From: Octopus sinensis
Lineage: Eukaryota
Assembly: GCF_006345805.1 (NCBI RefSeq)
Contig: NC_043008.1
Coordinates: forward strand, 56,048,001-56,112,000
Reading direction: 5' to 3'
DNA length: 64,000 nt
Shown here: piece after piece, positions 10,943 to 24,329 of the stretch
How the letters are laid out: each line of letters opens with the position of its first letter
Position numbering within the stretch: position 1 is the stretch's first letter
Translations under genes and position numbers: made by a program
The notes under the pieces: model-generated
Told to the model about the DNA's origin: nothing
Database searches by the model: none
Seen by the model: the letters and a program-made list of their open reading frames with translations, nothing else

Positions 10943-11611
10943 TTAAATGGGGTATATCTGCTCTTTGTCTGTTGTCCTGTTTAACACCACCGCCTGGGCT
11001 TTGGGTACCTCTTTAGTGGAGTCCACGAAAGAAATATACCTAATCTATTGGTTTAATGTCATTACCTGGCTCCTGGTTACCTTTAGTGGGTGAAATCCAC
11101 TCTGTTGAAATCCATTCCGTTGCAAGCATTCAGATCAGTTCTTCAGTTTGGAATTTCTTCTTCTCTTTCTTTAGTCTCAGAGTTCCTGCAAAAGCTTATG
11201 AGCACTGCCCTTCTCTCTGTGACTAAACCATTACTTGCAGGAAGATCAACTGTATGACTTGTAGCGGAACAAGTTGGTAGGATGGATGTTGACCCACCAG
11301 TCACCAGGTCAACAATTCATGACTTGTCACTGGTTCTGTAATGTGTCTTTTCCAAAGATTCTTCAGAGTTATTTAAAATAAGAAAAGGTGCAATGCTGTT
11401 GATGAAAGGTATTAATTACAACCAACCACACTGCTGTTGTTGGTTACACGTGTTTCAAGAACCAGACAATTTTCTAATTTCACAGTCTGGTTGATAATAT
11501 ACCACTGGACAGAATCTCCTTTCGTGTACAATTTCAGTTTACTTACACTAAAATAGAAATACCTTCCATGTTTTTTGCACGTGAATATGTAGAAGTCTAA
11601 AAATATCCCTA

Positions 11612-11668
11612 ATATATATATATATATATATATATACATGCATGCATGCATGCTTACATACATTCATT

Positions 11669-11704
<36 letters not shown>

Positions 11705-11991
11705 TACACACATACATACATACACACACACACATACACACACTCATACATGCATACACACACACATACATGCATACACACACATACATACATACACACA
11801 TACATACATGCATACATACATACACACATACATGCATACATACACACATATATACATACACACACACACATACATACACACATACATACATACACACATA
11901 CATACATACATACATACACACATACATACATACACACATACATACATACACACACACACACATACATACATATACACACACATACATACAT

Positions 11992-12022
<31 letters not shown>

Positions 12023-12106
12023 TACATACACACATACATACATACACACATACATACATACATACATATACACACACATACATACATACATACATACATA
12101 CACACA

Positions 12107-12138
<32 letters not shown>

Positions 12139-12179
12139 CACACACATACATACATACATACATACATACATACATACAC

Positions 12180-12210
<31 letters not shown>

Positions 12211-12232
12211 TACATACATGCATGCATGCATA
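11612..12232. repeat. (TA)n plus (CATA)n/(CA)n compound microsatellite
   Basis: Direct inspection. Confidence 0.95.
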
Positions 12233-12459
12233 TTATTAGGCAAATGTATAGAGTTTTTATTTCCCTATTCTACAATTGTTGCTGTTTCATATTCTTTTAT
12301 TCTTTTATTTGTTCCAGTCATATGACTGCAGCCATGCTGGAGCACTGCTTTGAATGGTTTTAGTTGAATTAGGTACCAGTGAAACACTGGGGTTGATGTA
12401 ATTGACTAATCCCCTTGCCCCCAAAAATTTCAGGCCTTGTACCTATAGTAGAAAAGATT

Positions 12460-12715
12460 ATCATTATTATTATTATTATTGTTATTATTATTATTATCAT
12501 TATTATTATTATTATTATTATTATTAGGGCTGGCGAACCAGATGGCTGTACCCGGCTTCAATCAGATCAAGAATGAAGCCTGGTGCAGCCATCTGGTTCG
12601 CCAGCCCTCAGTCATTCGTCCAACCCATGCTAGCATGGAAAGCGAACGTTAAACGATGATTATTATTATTATTATTATTATATTATTATTATTATTATTA
12701 TTATTATCATTATTA

Positions 12716-12752
<37 letters not shown>

Positions 12753-12778
12753 ATTATTATTTAATATTATTATTATTA

Positions 12779-12820
<42 letters not shown>

Positions 12821-12870
12821 TTATTATTATTATTATTATTGTTATTATTATTATTTACTATTATTATTAA
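12460..12870. repeat. (ATT)n tracts interrupted by an RTE-tail fragment
   Basis: Direct inspection. Confidence 0.9.
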
Positions 12871-12909
12871 ATTCGTGTGTAATTGTATTTCTTTTTTTCT
12901 GTTTCCCAG

Positions 12910-13023
12910 GCAATCGCTACCAGAGACGCACTTGCTAAATGTTTATATGGTGTGCTCTTTGACTGGATCGTACTGAAGGTCAACCATGCTCTCCTTGCCA
13001 AACGCCACAACAGCGAACATCAG
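12910..13023 (+). CDS. MYO9: Myosin IX exon (AIATRDALAKCLYGVLFDWIVLKVNHALLAKRHNSEHQ)
   Basis: Acceptor tttctgtttcccag| and donor CAG|gtagac; classic RDALAKxLYxxLFDWIV helix. Confidence 0.96.
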
Positions 13024-13448
13024 GTAGACTTCTCCCCTGCCCCGTCTTGCACCCGGTATGATCAGAACCCCCCCTACACACAGGCAAGTTCAGATAATAA
13101 TGCTGCCACTGCTACTGCTCTTCTTGATGCACACTGTATTCCAATTTGCGACGACAACGACGCTGACACCTTCCTGGTGTCACGTCGGTTTGTTGACATC
13201 TGTCTCGAGTGACCGTCACACAACTTCAGAGCGACAGTTGACAAACCGGTATCACAGAGTACACTGGAAGCCGTCGAGGGAGAGAGAGAGATTAGTGCGG
13301 GTGGGGGAGGCGCTGGGAGTGAATAGTGGGAAGCATTAGTCATCAGCCATTTGAGGTTACCACCAAGAAAATACCGAATCATCACTATAGGAATTTCATA
13401 CTTGTATTTAGTTATTTATTTATTTATTCGTTATTATTATTATTATTG

Positions 13449-13556
<108 letters not shown>

Positions 13557-14329
13557 TATATAAAAAATTGAGGTAACTCTTCCAGAAGATATAGAGTCAA
13601 AATTAAAAGATTTCAAAATATCGTTCACTAGATGACGATGGCACTCTTCTTTTAATTTTGATAATATTATTATTATTATTATTATTAATGTTATTATCGT
13701 TAGTATTATTTGTAAATACTTTCAGTTTATAGTAAGGTTTCCTTAGATATTTACTTAGACCCAGGCAAAATGTTAGAGAAATTTCTATCTGAATTTTCAG
13801 AAGATGGGGGGAAAAAAAAATCTCATCTTTGCAAGTGATAACAGTGGAAAATATTTTGTTTTAAAAGTTTAGTATTTCTTTAAAATTTAATGACTGTGGT
13901 GAGGGAAATTAGTCTCGTCTGGGAAGTTTAGTATGTAAGTGATTTCAGTCTTTATTCATGAATATATGAATACTGAGAAATTATCTTTTTTTTTCAACAA
14001 AGTAACATTTTATATACCTGTATGTTAGTTGTTGTTTTGACGTAGATCAGCCTTGATTGAGCCACAAGCCTGTGATAAATGGTGTTCCAACCATGACCAT
14101 CCTGTCTCTTTATGTTTGTCATTGGAGGATTACATTTTCTAATATATCCCTCCTTTTTATTTTTACTTTTGTTTGCAGGCAGTATGATTTGAGGGCTATT
14201 TGGTTGCTATTTCTAGCTGACTGATCTATTTAGGTGGGTCCCTCATATTATCATCTGCCTGCCATATCTCTTAATTTATATCAGGTATGAGTAACCTGTT
14301 ATGAGAAGCATGTGTCATGGTTCATCATC

Positions 14330-14560
14330 AGACAGGCCACATGAGGCTCATCATCAGGCAGGCCACAAGAGGCTCATCATCAGGTAAGCCACATGTGGTT
14401 CATTATCAAGCAAGCCACATGAGATACATCATCAGACTGGCCACATGAAACTCATCATCAGGCCACATTATCCGACAGGCCACATGAGGCTCATCATTCT
14501 GCATGCTGCATGTGGCTCATCATTATGCAGGCCATGTGATGTGGCTCATCATCAGGCAGG
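14330..14560. repeat. Minisatellite of about 26-bp units (TCATCATCAGRCAGGCCACATGAGGC), about 9 copies
   Basis: Visible tandem periodicity with progressive decay. Confidence 0.8.
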
Positions 14561-14766
14561 TGATTTGAAACTGAAACTATTGCCAGAGACATATCAGTCA
14601 TTCAAAAACACGCAAAGGCTGTTAACTTCACTTAAACATTATTAATTGGTGACAGAAGTTTTGTTGCACCAAATAATAAATGTTTAAGTGAAGTTAACAC
14701 TCTTTGTGTGCTTTTGTATTACTAATACTTGTTTTCCATACTGCAATCATTATATATATGCATATG

Positions 14767-14837
<71 letters not shown>

Positions 14838-15571
14838 GTGTGTGTGTATACATATATATATATAAAGACATGTATACATATGTATGTATATGTATTTGTA
14901 GATAGATAGATAGTTAGATACATAGATAAATAGGATTAACTTTTAATAAGGAAAATATATATATATAAAACAATCAGATAAAATTATAACCCACTGTTGG
15001 GAGATAATTTCTAGAAATAAAGATTATCATTTGGAAACAAAATCCTTCAAGAAAATAGAACTATTTTTGTGAGTTATAAAAAGAACAAAGGTGAAGCTTA
15101 TTGTTTAACAGGAGAATAATTACATCTAAAAGAAGATGCTTCCTCTTCATTCACCTTGGATAGATGTCACCTTGGCCGGAAGGATTTGATGAAATCAGTT
15201 GGTGTTCAGTATTTGTTGGCTGTTTTAGCCTTGAACTATGACACCCTCTTGTGAGCAGGTCAGCAGTGGTAGCCGAATCGCTAGCCATCTTCTCCTGGCT
15301 TTCAGCTTCATTTCTCTTTCTTGCTCCAAGAAACTTTTTTACTGCTGTTCCACCCATCATCCTGCAGATTTTCTCTCCCTTCCTGTTCTTCCAATGGCTA
15401 TGAGCTTTCTCCATACCAACTCAATTGGGTTTCCTCTACAGCCCATCTTGACTGGGACTAGCCATGCCCGCCATCAGCCATGCCTGCTATCCTTTTCTCT
15501 CTGTAATATTGAAAAAGGTTCTGGTATGTATATCCTTGAAGAGATCGATTATTTCTTCTTTTACCTGCTTT

Positions 15572-15897
15572 AGCCCTTCGCTCCTCTTGGAGCATAAACC
15601 ATCAACAACCTTTCTCTACAATTCTTAACTCTGGACTGTCTTTTCTGCTTCCTCTCTTCGACCCTTGTTGATTTTTGAATTGTCATTGATCCTTCACTAA
15701 CTTTACCTTTTTTCTAGGTAAGGACATTGATCCCATAAAAACCTATTTTTACCTTTGGGAAGAGGTGGTCTATATTAGTCCAGCCTCTATCCTCTGACCT
15801 GTCCAGTATGGGAGACCTTACCAAGATCTTGCACTCCACTGGAATAGCTCTCTGGGCCATTGAGGCACTATTATCCACCATACTGCAACTAGGATTG
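15572..15897 (-). mobile_element. Degenerate RTE-derived short element (5' UTR-like plus 3' tail-like); related copies near 33005-33270 and 37830-38220
   Basis: Minus strand ...AGAGCTAT...GGTAAGGTCTCCCATACTGGACAGGTCAGAGGATAGAGGCTGGAC resembles RTE 5' UTRs from memory and ends TTATGCTCCAAGAGGAGCGAAGGGCTAA; recurs in the window. Confidence 0.4.
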
Positions 15898-18644
15898 GTT
15901 CTTGTGGTGGAGCATAGACATAACAGACCAATAAACCAGTTTATTAACTGTTTGGTGGTTAGTTAATGTTTGTAAGGGAAAGTGAAGGGAATTGATCAAA
16001 TGGCAGAGAGGGCTGAGTGTCAAATGTGATACTTGAAAGTATTTTGATTGTTCCATTGACATTACTTAGCGGTTCGGCAAAAGAGACCGATAGAATAAGT
16101 ACTGGGCTTACAAAAGAATAAGTCCCGGGGTCGAGCTGCTCGATTAAAGGCGGTGCTCCAGCATGGCCGCAGTCAAATGACTGAAACAAGTAAAAGAGTA
16201 AAGAGTATTAGATTATATCTACCACAGTAGACTGTGCCATTAATTCATTAGAACTTGATCAAATGTGTTTTATAATTTAATACCAGTGATGTATGTGGGC
16301 CAATTTAATTGACAACTACACACAACTTCTGACAAATTTATGAAGGTGGTGGTTGCTTAGTCTAGTGTGCTTTCACTGAACAAACGAACCTGTAATTAAA
16401 GATACTCCAGCTACAATTCCGTCATCAATGTATCTTTGAGTTCCATCAGCAGAGTAGGTAAAGGTTACCTTCTTGAGGTATGCTGACTCATAAGGGCCAG
16501 TTTCCTGGTTACCATGACATATAAATTCGCCACTTGGACAGGACACTGGTCCATCACAAGATTACTCATTTCTGTCAGCTGAGTGGACAAGAGCAATGTA
16601 AAACAAAGTGTTTTGCTCAGGAATACAAAGTGTTGCCCGGTCCAGAAATCGAAACCACAATCTTACAATCATGAGTCCAACACTCTAACCACTATGCCAC
16701 GTGACTCCACTTTTCTTGAGTCACACTGATTCATAAGGGCCTGTCTCCCAGTTTCATGGCATATAAATTCCCCACTTCGATGGGATGCCGGTCTGTCACA
16801 GGTTTCCTCATTTTTGCCAGCTGAGTGGACTGAAGCAACATGAATGAAATGTTTTGCTCAAGAACACAATGCATTGCCTAATCCAGGAATGGAAACCACA
16901 ACCTTACAATCATGAGTCCAACACCCTAACCACTATGCCACATGCCTCCACAATTAACAGGGTAGGGTGCCTGATATATTTTTAAAACAAGAAGGAATAT
17001 CTAGTTTATAATAGCTCTCACTGAGGGTGTTAACTTCCAAATTTTAACATGACCATCATGTCATATGTTTAGAGAAGACAGTCACTGATTAGAATTAGAA
17101 TTCTCAATTAGTCTTTAACTGTACTTGTGTTAAATGCTATCTTTGGTTTGGTGGGGTATTTTCCATGGGGTTTTTCCGAGGAGCAATAGTATGAATTCTT
17201 CCACCAGTGTACTCTGGTATGTTATCAAATGGATTACATCTCTGCTTCAAGAAGACTACATTGGCTGACCAGTTTGTTGTCACGCTGTTGTTGTTGTTGT
17301 ATTATTTATGCATGTGAAAGCACTGCTGCTGTTATTATTATTGTTGTTGTTATTGTTGATGTTGATGTTGTTGTCATAATTGCTCTTTGCACATGCAGAT
17401 TCTTTTAACTTTTTTCTCTGTTCTAATATGCTTGAATTTAATTTGGATATTTCATACTTGTTACAAAAAAAAAAAAAAAAAAAAAAATTACAGCTGTGTT
17501 TGTTTGTTAACGAGGTAAAATGAATGTAAGAAATTTTGGTTAAAAATTTTACCAAAGTAAAGATAAAAAATATAAAAAAAAGAAACAAAATGTAATTGAG
17601 ATTTAATTAAATGTATTGAAATTTATGAAAATTAAAAATAGATTAAAGAATTTGATTTATGCCAATCAGAGTATTTGCGTGCATGCGTGTGTATGTGTGT
17701 GTGTGTGTGTGTATGAAGGTGGTGGAGTGGCAGACCAAATGATCAGCAGTGTTTAGTGCCATTCCTTTATATTCTGGGCTTAATTCCCACTAAGATTGAA
17801 TTTGCTGTTAACCTCCTGGGAATTTCATAAATTAAATACCAGTCATACACAACGGGTCATATTCAGCACCTGCTCCGTTACTTTTAGAAATTCCTGATTT
17901 TTATACCAGTGCAAGAAAACGGAAATTGCACATAGTCTCTGTCCTTGAAACTTACTTTGTTAAATTTTCAGTCACATATTAGTCATCCTTACAAACACCC
18001 TGGGATTAATATGTTATGCTGAGATAGAGTTGGGTGGGTGCATTAGAACTTCTTAATTATTGAAATAATTACCATGTCTGTTAATATTACATACTTTTAT
18101 CATGACAAACCATGGTGAAATGTCCAGAGAGTTGATTTTACAGCAGGTATACTTTTTATCCTACATCTGTTCAAATTTTGCTTTTTGTTCGGTTTAGGAC
18201 GGATGAACGTTTTTTTATGTATTTTATACAGCAATTCTAATAAATTAGACTAAACATCCTCTTTTTTCATATATCGTAACTCAAAAGAAAATTTTGTATA
18301 AATTACATACAAAATATTTTTCCATGATTTTAGTATCTATAACCATGAATGCACTTTATATATATATTGAGTGCATATTACCCGTGAATATGTGTATGTG
18401 TGCATATGAAAGGAAAGATCCTGAATTTGGATAAGTTTAAAATGTACGGGAAGAAGAAAACCCTGAGATTTGGGCCAAAGCATTACATCAGAGACATTAA
18501 TTTTTCCCTCTCTGCAATGAATATATTTCTCAAAATATTAGGATTCTTGTCTTCCTCACCCCTCCATGGCTTTTCAGACTTGTGCAGATTTATGAACTTG
18601 ATTAAATTTTACCATTGAAAATCTTTACTAGTTTCATTAGACTC

Positions 18645-18693
<49 letters not shown>

Positions 18694-18768
18694 TTAGAGA
18701 CAAAACCACTATTATATATATATATATTTAAAAAAGGAGATGTGGAACACGAGTTGTGATATATAAAA

Positions 18769-18861
18769 AAAGGAAATGAAGAAAATGCTGACAAAATAAT
18801 TTAAGTAAGGGAGAGTGTATTTAACTTAAATTATTTTGTCAGCATTTTCTTCATTTCCTTT
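18769..18861. repeat. Perfect 38-bp inverted repeat with 17-nt loop
   Basis: AAAGGAAATGAAGAAAATGCTGACAAAATAATTTAAGT and its exact reverse complement at 18824-18861. Confidence 0.9.
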
Positions 18862-18897
18862 ATATATATATATATATTATATATATATATATTATTA

Positions 18898-19278
18898 CTA
18901 GCAGTATCGCCCAGCGTTGCTCGGGTTTGTTTCAACCCTTTAGAATTGGAATTTTTGGAAAGTAAAAATTTTGCATTATGTAGCTTGTTAAGTGAAGATT
19001 TTTCTGGTTGAAATACACCGAAAAATGGTGACACAGCAGTAAAAAAATCATAAAAAATAGGGATTTTCATAGAAAAAAAGCACCTTTTTGATGTAAATAA
19101 CTTTTGGTGTTAATTTGGTCCAATTTGAATTTTTTCTTCTACAGAATGAAGAGCAAGCCTTCTTCTTTCATACTCTCAATTTTGGTCAACTTGTGCCGCA
19201 GTGTCTCAGAGGAGATAGTGTTAGTTAAAGGCTACCAAACCTGCCACACACAGACAACTTCAGCTTTATATATATAGA
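18898..19278 (-). mobile_element. Non-autonomous Helitron
   Basis: Minus strand begins A|TCTATATATA and ends CCCGAGCAACGCTGGG hairpin...CTAG|T: 5' TC, 3' CTRR, subterminal hairpin, A|T target, no TSD. Confidence 0.8.
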
Positions 19279-21065
19279 TTATTATTATTATTTCATTAAT
19301 TGTAACTCTTGGAGTGTTTCCTATTTGTGAGCCAGTTTGATTGCTGTAAGGAGTGGAAAAGAGCCGATGTTTCATGCTGTGGCTTTTCCATGGGAGAATA
19401 ATTTACAAATATCTTGATTCTGAAGAAGTGAATTAGTGAAATTTGGCCTAAATATCTTCAGAGCGACATTTGAAAATTTTTCTTTTTCTTTATTTGGACT
19501 TCATAGTTTTCAAAAAGATCCTTTATTTCCAGCATATGTCTTTTGTATAATGAGAGTGTAACAGGATGAGAGGTCCCCGCACTGGAAGGGTGCAGCTCGC
19601 ATCCTTTACATTAAAAATATTAATCAAAGAAAGAGTCAAGACTTCCGATAAACTTCAACAGTATAAATATTTATTTCTTGATTCGCAATATATACATTCT
19701 TCTTTCTGGGCGAATCGGCAGCCTAGGAGCTTATCGCAGTGGTCAAGTGGAGTGAGCCAAATCCTGTCCGTTCAAGCATAGCGGAGATACGCCATGAGGT
19801 AGCAGCGTGAGAGAGCTGATAAAACACGACTGTCCTGTTCAGCTGCCGGTGATCGAGAAAATGATACAAGGGAAATTTTGCTGCTGCTAGTTTTCTGCAC
19901 ATGCGCATGAGGGAACTTCTGGCAGGCCTCCCGGAAGAATCCAACTCTGCACATGCGTGCTGCAGATTTCCAAGATAGCGTCACGACAAGAGAAATGTAT
20001 ATACTTAGCTTTTTGTGGAGAGAATATTTATAATGAAGTAGATCGTGCTGTTTTAGGGATTTCAGAGAGTATTGCAAAAACAAAAACACAAACAAAAATA
20101 GAGTTAATACAATGTAAATTAATTTTGTGCTGTAATGAGCAATTAGTAACACAATGGAATTCATTTTGCACTGCATTGAGGAAATAAAGGTGTTCAGTGT
20201 TTCAGACATTCATCTTTCATGAAGAAAAGAAAAGAGAAAGAAACCAGTCGTGTGTGATCCTCCTGCAGTGGATGTTGTTTGTGTTTAACTCCAACTTATG
20301 TTTAATTGAGAAGACCTGTGAACATGGGTAATCTAGCCATGACCATCTTGCCTTTTATGTGTGTGTTGTGTGTGTGTGTAGGCTATATCGACTTTTTCCT
20401 TTCTAAGCTGGTTAAGTTATGTCTCATTGACTTTCCATGTTACATGGAAGCTGATAAGTAAATAGGTTTTGCATTATGGAACACTGTTTTCAGGAATGCA
20501 GTGCTTCTAAAACATGATGGAGGCCTCTGTCTGTCTATCTTTCTGCCTGTGCGTGTGTGAGTGTGTTTGTGTGTGAGCTTGTAGAGTATCATCTCAGTGC
20601 CAATCAGGGCTACTTTTCCAGTTTCAGCCATCATTCTTATGTTCCATGTTCCCAGCTGTGTGCTTGTCCTGGTTAGGGAAGGACTCTCTTTCGCATTGTA
20701 GCCTTCTTTTAGTTTTTACTATGCTGTTTTATGCGCAGTTTTCTGAGGATTACTTCTCTTTATCACGATTGGTTTCATCTGTTTCTCTTGGTGTCTCAGT
20801 AGCAATGTACAATATTGAGAGTGCGGGGCTGCTACACCCTGTACTTACCATTCTCCTTTCTCAACAAGGCTTGGGACCGGTTTGGAACCGGCTTGGAACC
20901 AGCTTGGGACTGCCTTAGAAGAACAACACATATTACACATACACACTCTCTTTGTCTCTCTCTCTCTCTTTGCCCTCTCTCTCTCTTTGCCCTCACTCTC
21001 TCTTTGTCTCTCTCTCTCGCACGTGCACTCTCTCTTTGTCCTCTCTCTCTCTCTCTCTCTCAATA

Positions 21066-21106
<41 letters not shown>

Positions 21107-21238
21107 CAGTCTCAGTTGTGATAAGGGAAGTGCAGTTTCGATTAAACTTTATATCTGTATGCCTTGTATTGAATATTTCCTTGTTGTGTGTCTATGCACC
21201 CATGTGCACACACTCTCTCTGTCTCTCTCTCTCTCTCT

Positions 21239-21283
<45 letters not shown>

Positions 21284-21671
21284 ATAACTGTTCAGGAAAT
21301 GGGTTAGAATCCTTGTTCATTTTCTAGCATGGGCTAATTGCATGGATTTGATTAAAGGTTTCTTTTTCTAATCAATTGCTTATTAATGGCTTAATTAAAA
21401 ATTAATATTTTTCAAGTTTCGCTTCAAGCTTCTAACAATAGCAAAAATTGCCCCCTTCTTAAAACAATCACTTGACAATTCAATTTTTTTCTTTTCTTCT
21501 TGTTCGTCCCTTATAACTTTCTAATATTTTCTCTAGTTTGCACTTAGTCTGATCTGAGAATGTGTGATGTGTTGGGAGTCATTTTTGATATTTAAAATAT
21601 TCTTGCATTGTTTATCCACTTTTATTATTTTTTCTATTATACTTTAATCTTATTATTATTATTATTATTAC

Positions 21672-22220
21672 TGAGTGAGAGAGCAGTGCATGCCATCAAA
21701 GTGACACTGGGGTAAAATATACGAAGCCCAGTATGCCCATCATGACTACCTGTCTGATAAGGGTACACCAGGCACATGCATCACAACCATATGTGCGCGA
21801 CATGGTGGTCTCATATCAAGATAAACAGCGCATGACCTTGCAGGTAGGGCCCAGTTAGAATTTTCTGCAGGTTGAGTAGCCCACCCCGCTCAAAATGTCC
21901 CTGGATAAGGTTTGTTTAAGGATGTTGAATGAAACACCCATGTTTCCAGAGGTGAACTATTCAAACCCCAAAGAATCCCTCTCAACACATGGCTATGATG
22001 CTCCCCCACTACTTCTGCTCGTGATCAGAGATGCACATATCGTCAGCCACTAAGGAACATGCTCAACTGGTTAAGGTCAAACAACTGACAAACAAATCTG
22101 TGGTATTGAGCAGAATATTTGCTGTAGCCCATCAAAGACAAAACAATGTACATAATAACACTTCCAATCAGTTAAAATCAGAAGCCATGAGAGCCATTGC
22201 CTGGTACTGCATCAAGGCAT
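21672..22220 (-). mobile_element. Unclassified interspersed repeat, probably a LINE 3' UTR with (AAT)n tail; further copies at 58241-58500 and 58523-59020
   Basis: Three highly similar copies share the same end (GCTCTCTCACTC followed by an (AAT)n-like tail) with different 5' truncation points. Confidence 0.6.
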
Positions 22221-22279
22221 TTATCATCATTGTTGTCGTCGTTGTGGTCGTCGTCATCATCATCATCATCATCATCATT

Positions 22280-22322
<43 letters not shown>

Positions 22323-23102
22323 CTTACTCTGATATTAGTGCTCAACAAGTACCAGTTGAGCACTGGGGTCAATGTTATTGACTTACCCTCCCCACAAAAA
22401 CTACTTGCCTTGTGCCTAACATTGAAACCATTATTATTATTATTATTATGGCAGCAAGGTTATGGCATGTGTTTTGGAGAAATATTTGAAACAGAGGATT
22501 GTCTTCATGACTGCTATTCTGAGTTTACCATTTCTGTCATTCTGATATTTAGGGACGAATATCCTACAAATAAAAAAAACAAAAAAAAAACTCCTCTCAT
22601 TCCATCTTTTATCTGTCTGTTTGTCTGTCTGTCTGTCAGTATGACGTCTGTACATTTGTGGCTATGTGGTAAGAAGTTTGCTTTCCAACCACATGATCCT
22701 GGGTTCAGTCCCACTGTGTGACACCTTGGGCAGGTGTCTTCTATTATAGCCTTAAGCTGACCAAAGCCTAGTGAGTAGATTTGGTAGAAGGAAACTGAAA
22801 GAAGCCCATTGTATATGTGTGTGTGTGTGTGTGTGTCTTTGTGTCCCTACCACCACTGCTTGACAACCGGTGTTAGTGTGTTTACATTCCTTGTAACTTA
22901 GTTCAGCATAAATAAGTACTGGGGTCGATCTATTTGACTAAAATTCTGTCGTGTGTGCTCCAGCATGACTCCCAATCTAATGACTATAACAATTGAAGGA
23001 GCAAAAGAATATATATATATATATATTTACATATACATATACACACTGTGTGTGTATATAAATACACATGCAGCACACACATACATAACACGTGCGTGCA
23101 CA

Positions 23103-23135
<33 letters not shown>

Positions 23136-23721
23136 ACACAAATAAAATGTAATTTTGCCGTGGCAGATCAAATCAAAGAAACTTAATCGATGTTAAGCCT
23201 TATTCCCCCCCCCCTCACTTCCCTCTCTCCCACGTTAATAGTGATTAGCAGTTGTTAATGAGAATACTAATAACAACATGTATGATTAGTAATTATTTGC
23301 AGGTTGAGATTAAACTAGTTAAAACTGAAGTAAACAACTGAAGGGGGAAATTATAATATATCTATCTGTCTGTGTGTCTATATATATATATCATTGTCAT
23401 CATCCAGTGTTTTAAATCTGGGTTTTGTCCCCGTTAATGGGGGTGGCTGGATCTACCTCATTACCATAGCGACAGAGGTAGGCAGGTGCAGACCACCCCA
23501 ACCTTTGGGCTGGCTGGTGTCCATTCTCCTTTGCTGTCATGAAGCTTTTTTTGAGCTGGATTTTCTATGGGGACCATGCCTTTGCTTACCCCCAACCTCA
23601 TTTTCTAGACATGGCTGGTCCTAAGCCCAAGGCCTCTACCACTATTTTTAAGAAATGTGGTGGAGAACTAGCTCAGGAAAGCAGGGTTGCTACTCCCTGA
23701 GACTCCTTTCAGAGCCCCCTA

Positions 23722-23763
<42 letters not shown>

Positions 23764-23991
23764 AGAAGAAATGAGGTACTCAGAAAATCAGATGGTTTTA
23801 TATTTACAGATATTTATTTGTATATTAAATTTTTTTAAACATCATATAACTTAGAACATGTATTAGCGCTTTCTCCCATTCTAGTGGGGTTTTCAAATCA
23901 AACTAAGTTCCTGTGTGAAGACTTTTGACCATTTTATAGTGGTATTGAGTTTGTGGTGGTATTGTAGTTTTATAGTGGTATTGAGTTTGTA

Positions 23992-24076
<85 letters not shown>

Positions 24077-24329
24077 AATTGATTATGTACTGAATCATAA
24101 CCCTACAAGTAAATAAATAAATAAAGAAAGAAATAAGTAAATTAAACATGTAAATAAATAAATGTGAGTGGAATTAAGTGCAATGTTAAAAATAAATACA
24201 CCTGATATCATAACAACTCTCTTTTCTCTTTGCATCTGTAGTGATATTGGAATATACACATATGAAAACACTTTCCCTCCCTCTCTCCTTCCCCTTATCT
24301 CATCATCAATCTCTCCATCCCTCTATCTC

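Noticed and set aside
15151-15480. Possible decayed RTE ORF2 C-terminus on the minus strand
   Set aside because: Similarity is too weak and interrupted to support without an alignment.
20580-20850. Protein-like minus-strand reading with a nearby GTAAGT donor
   Set aside because: Multiple in-frame stops; explained by purine-rich strand composition.
21750-21800. CTGATAAG in the LINE-tail-like repeat as a hammerhead core
   Set aside because: Does not match CUGANGA and has no downstream stem II plus GAAA.
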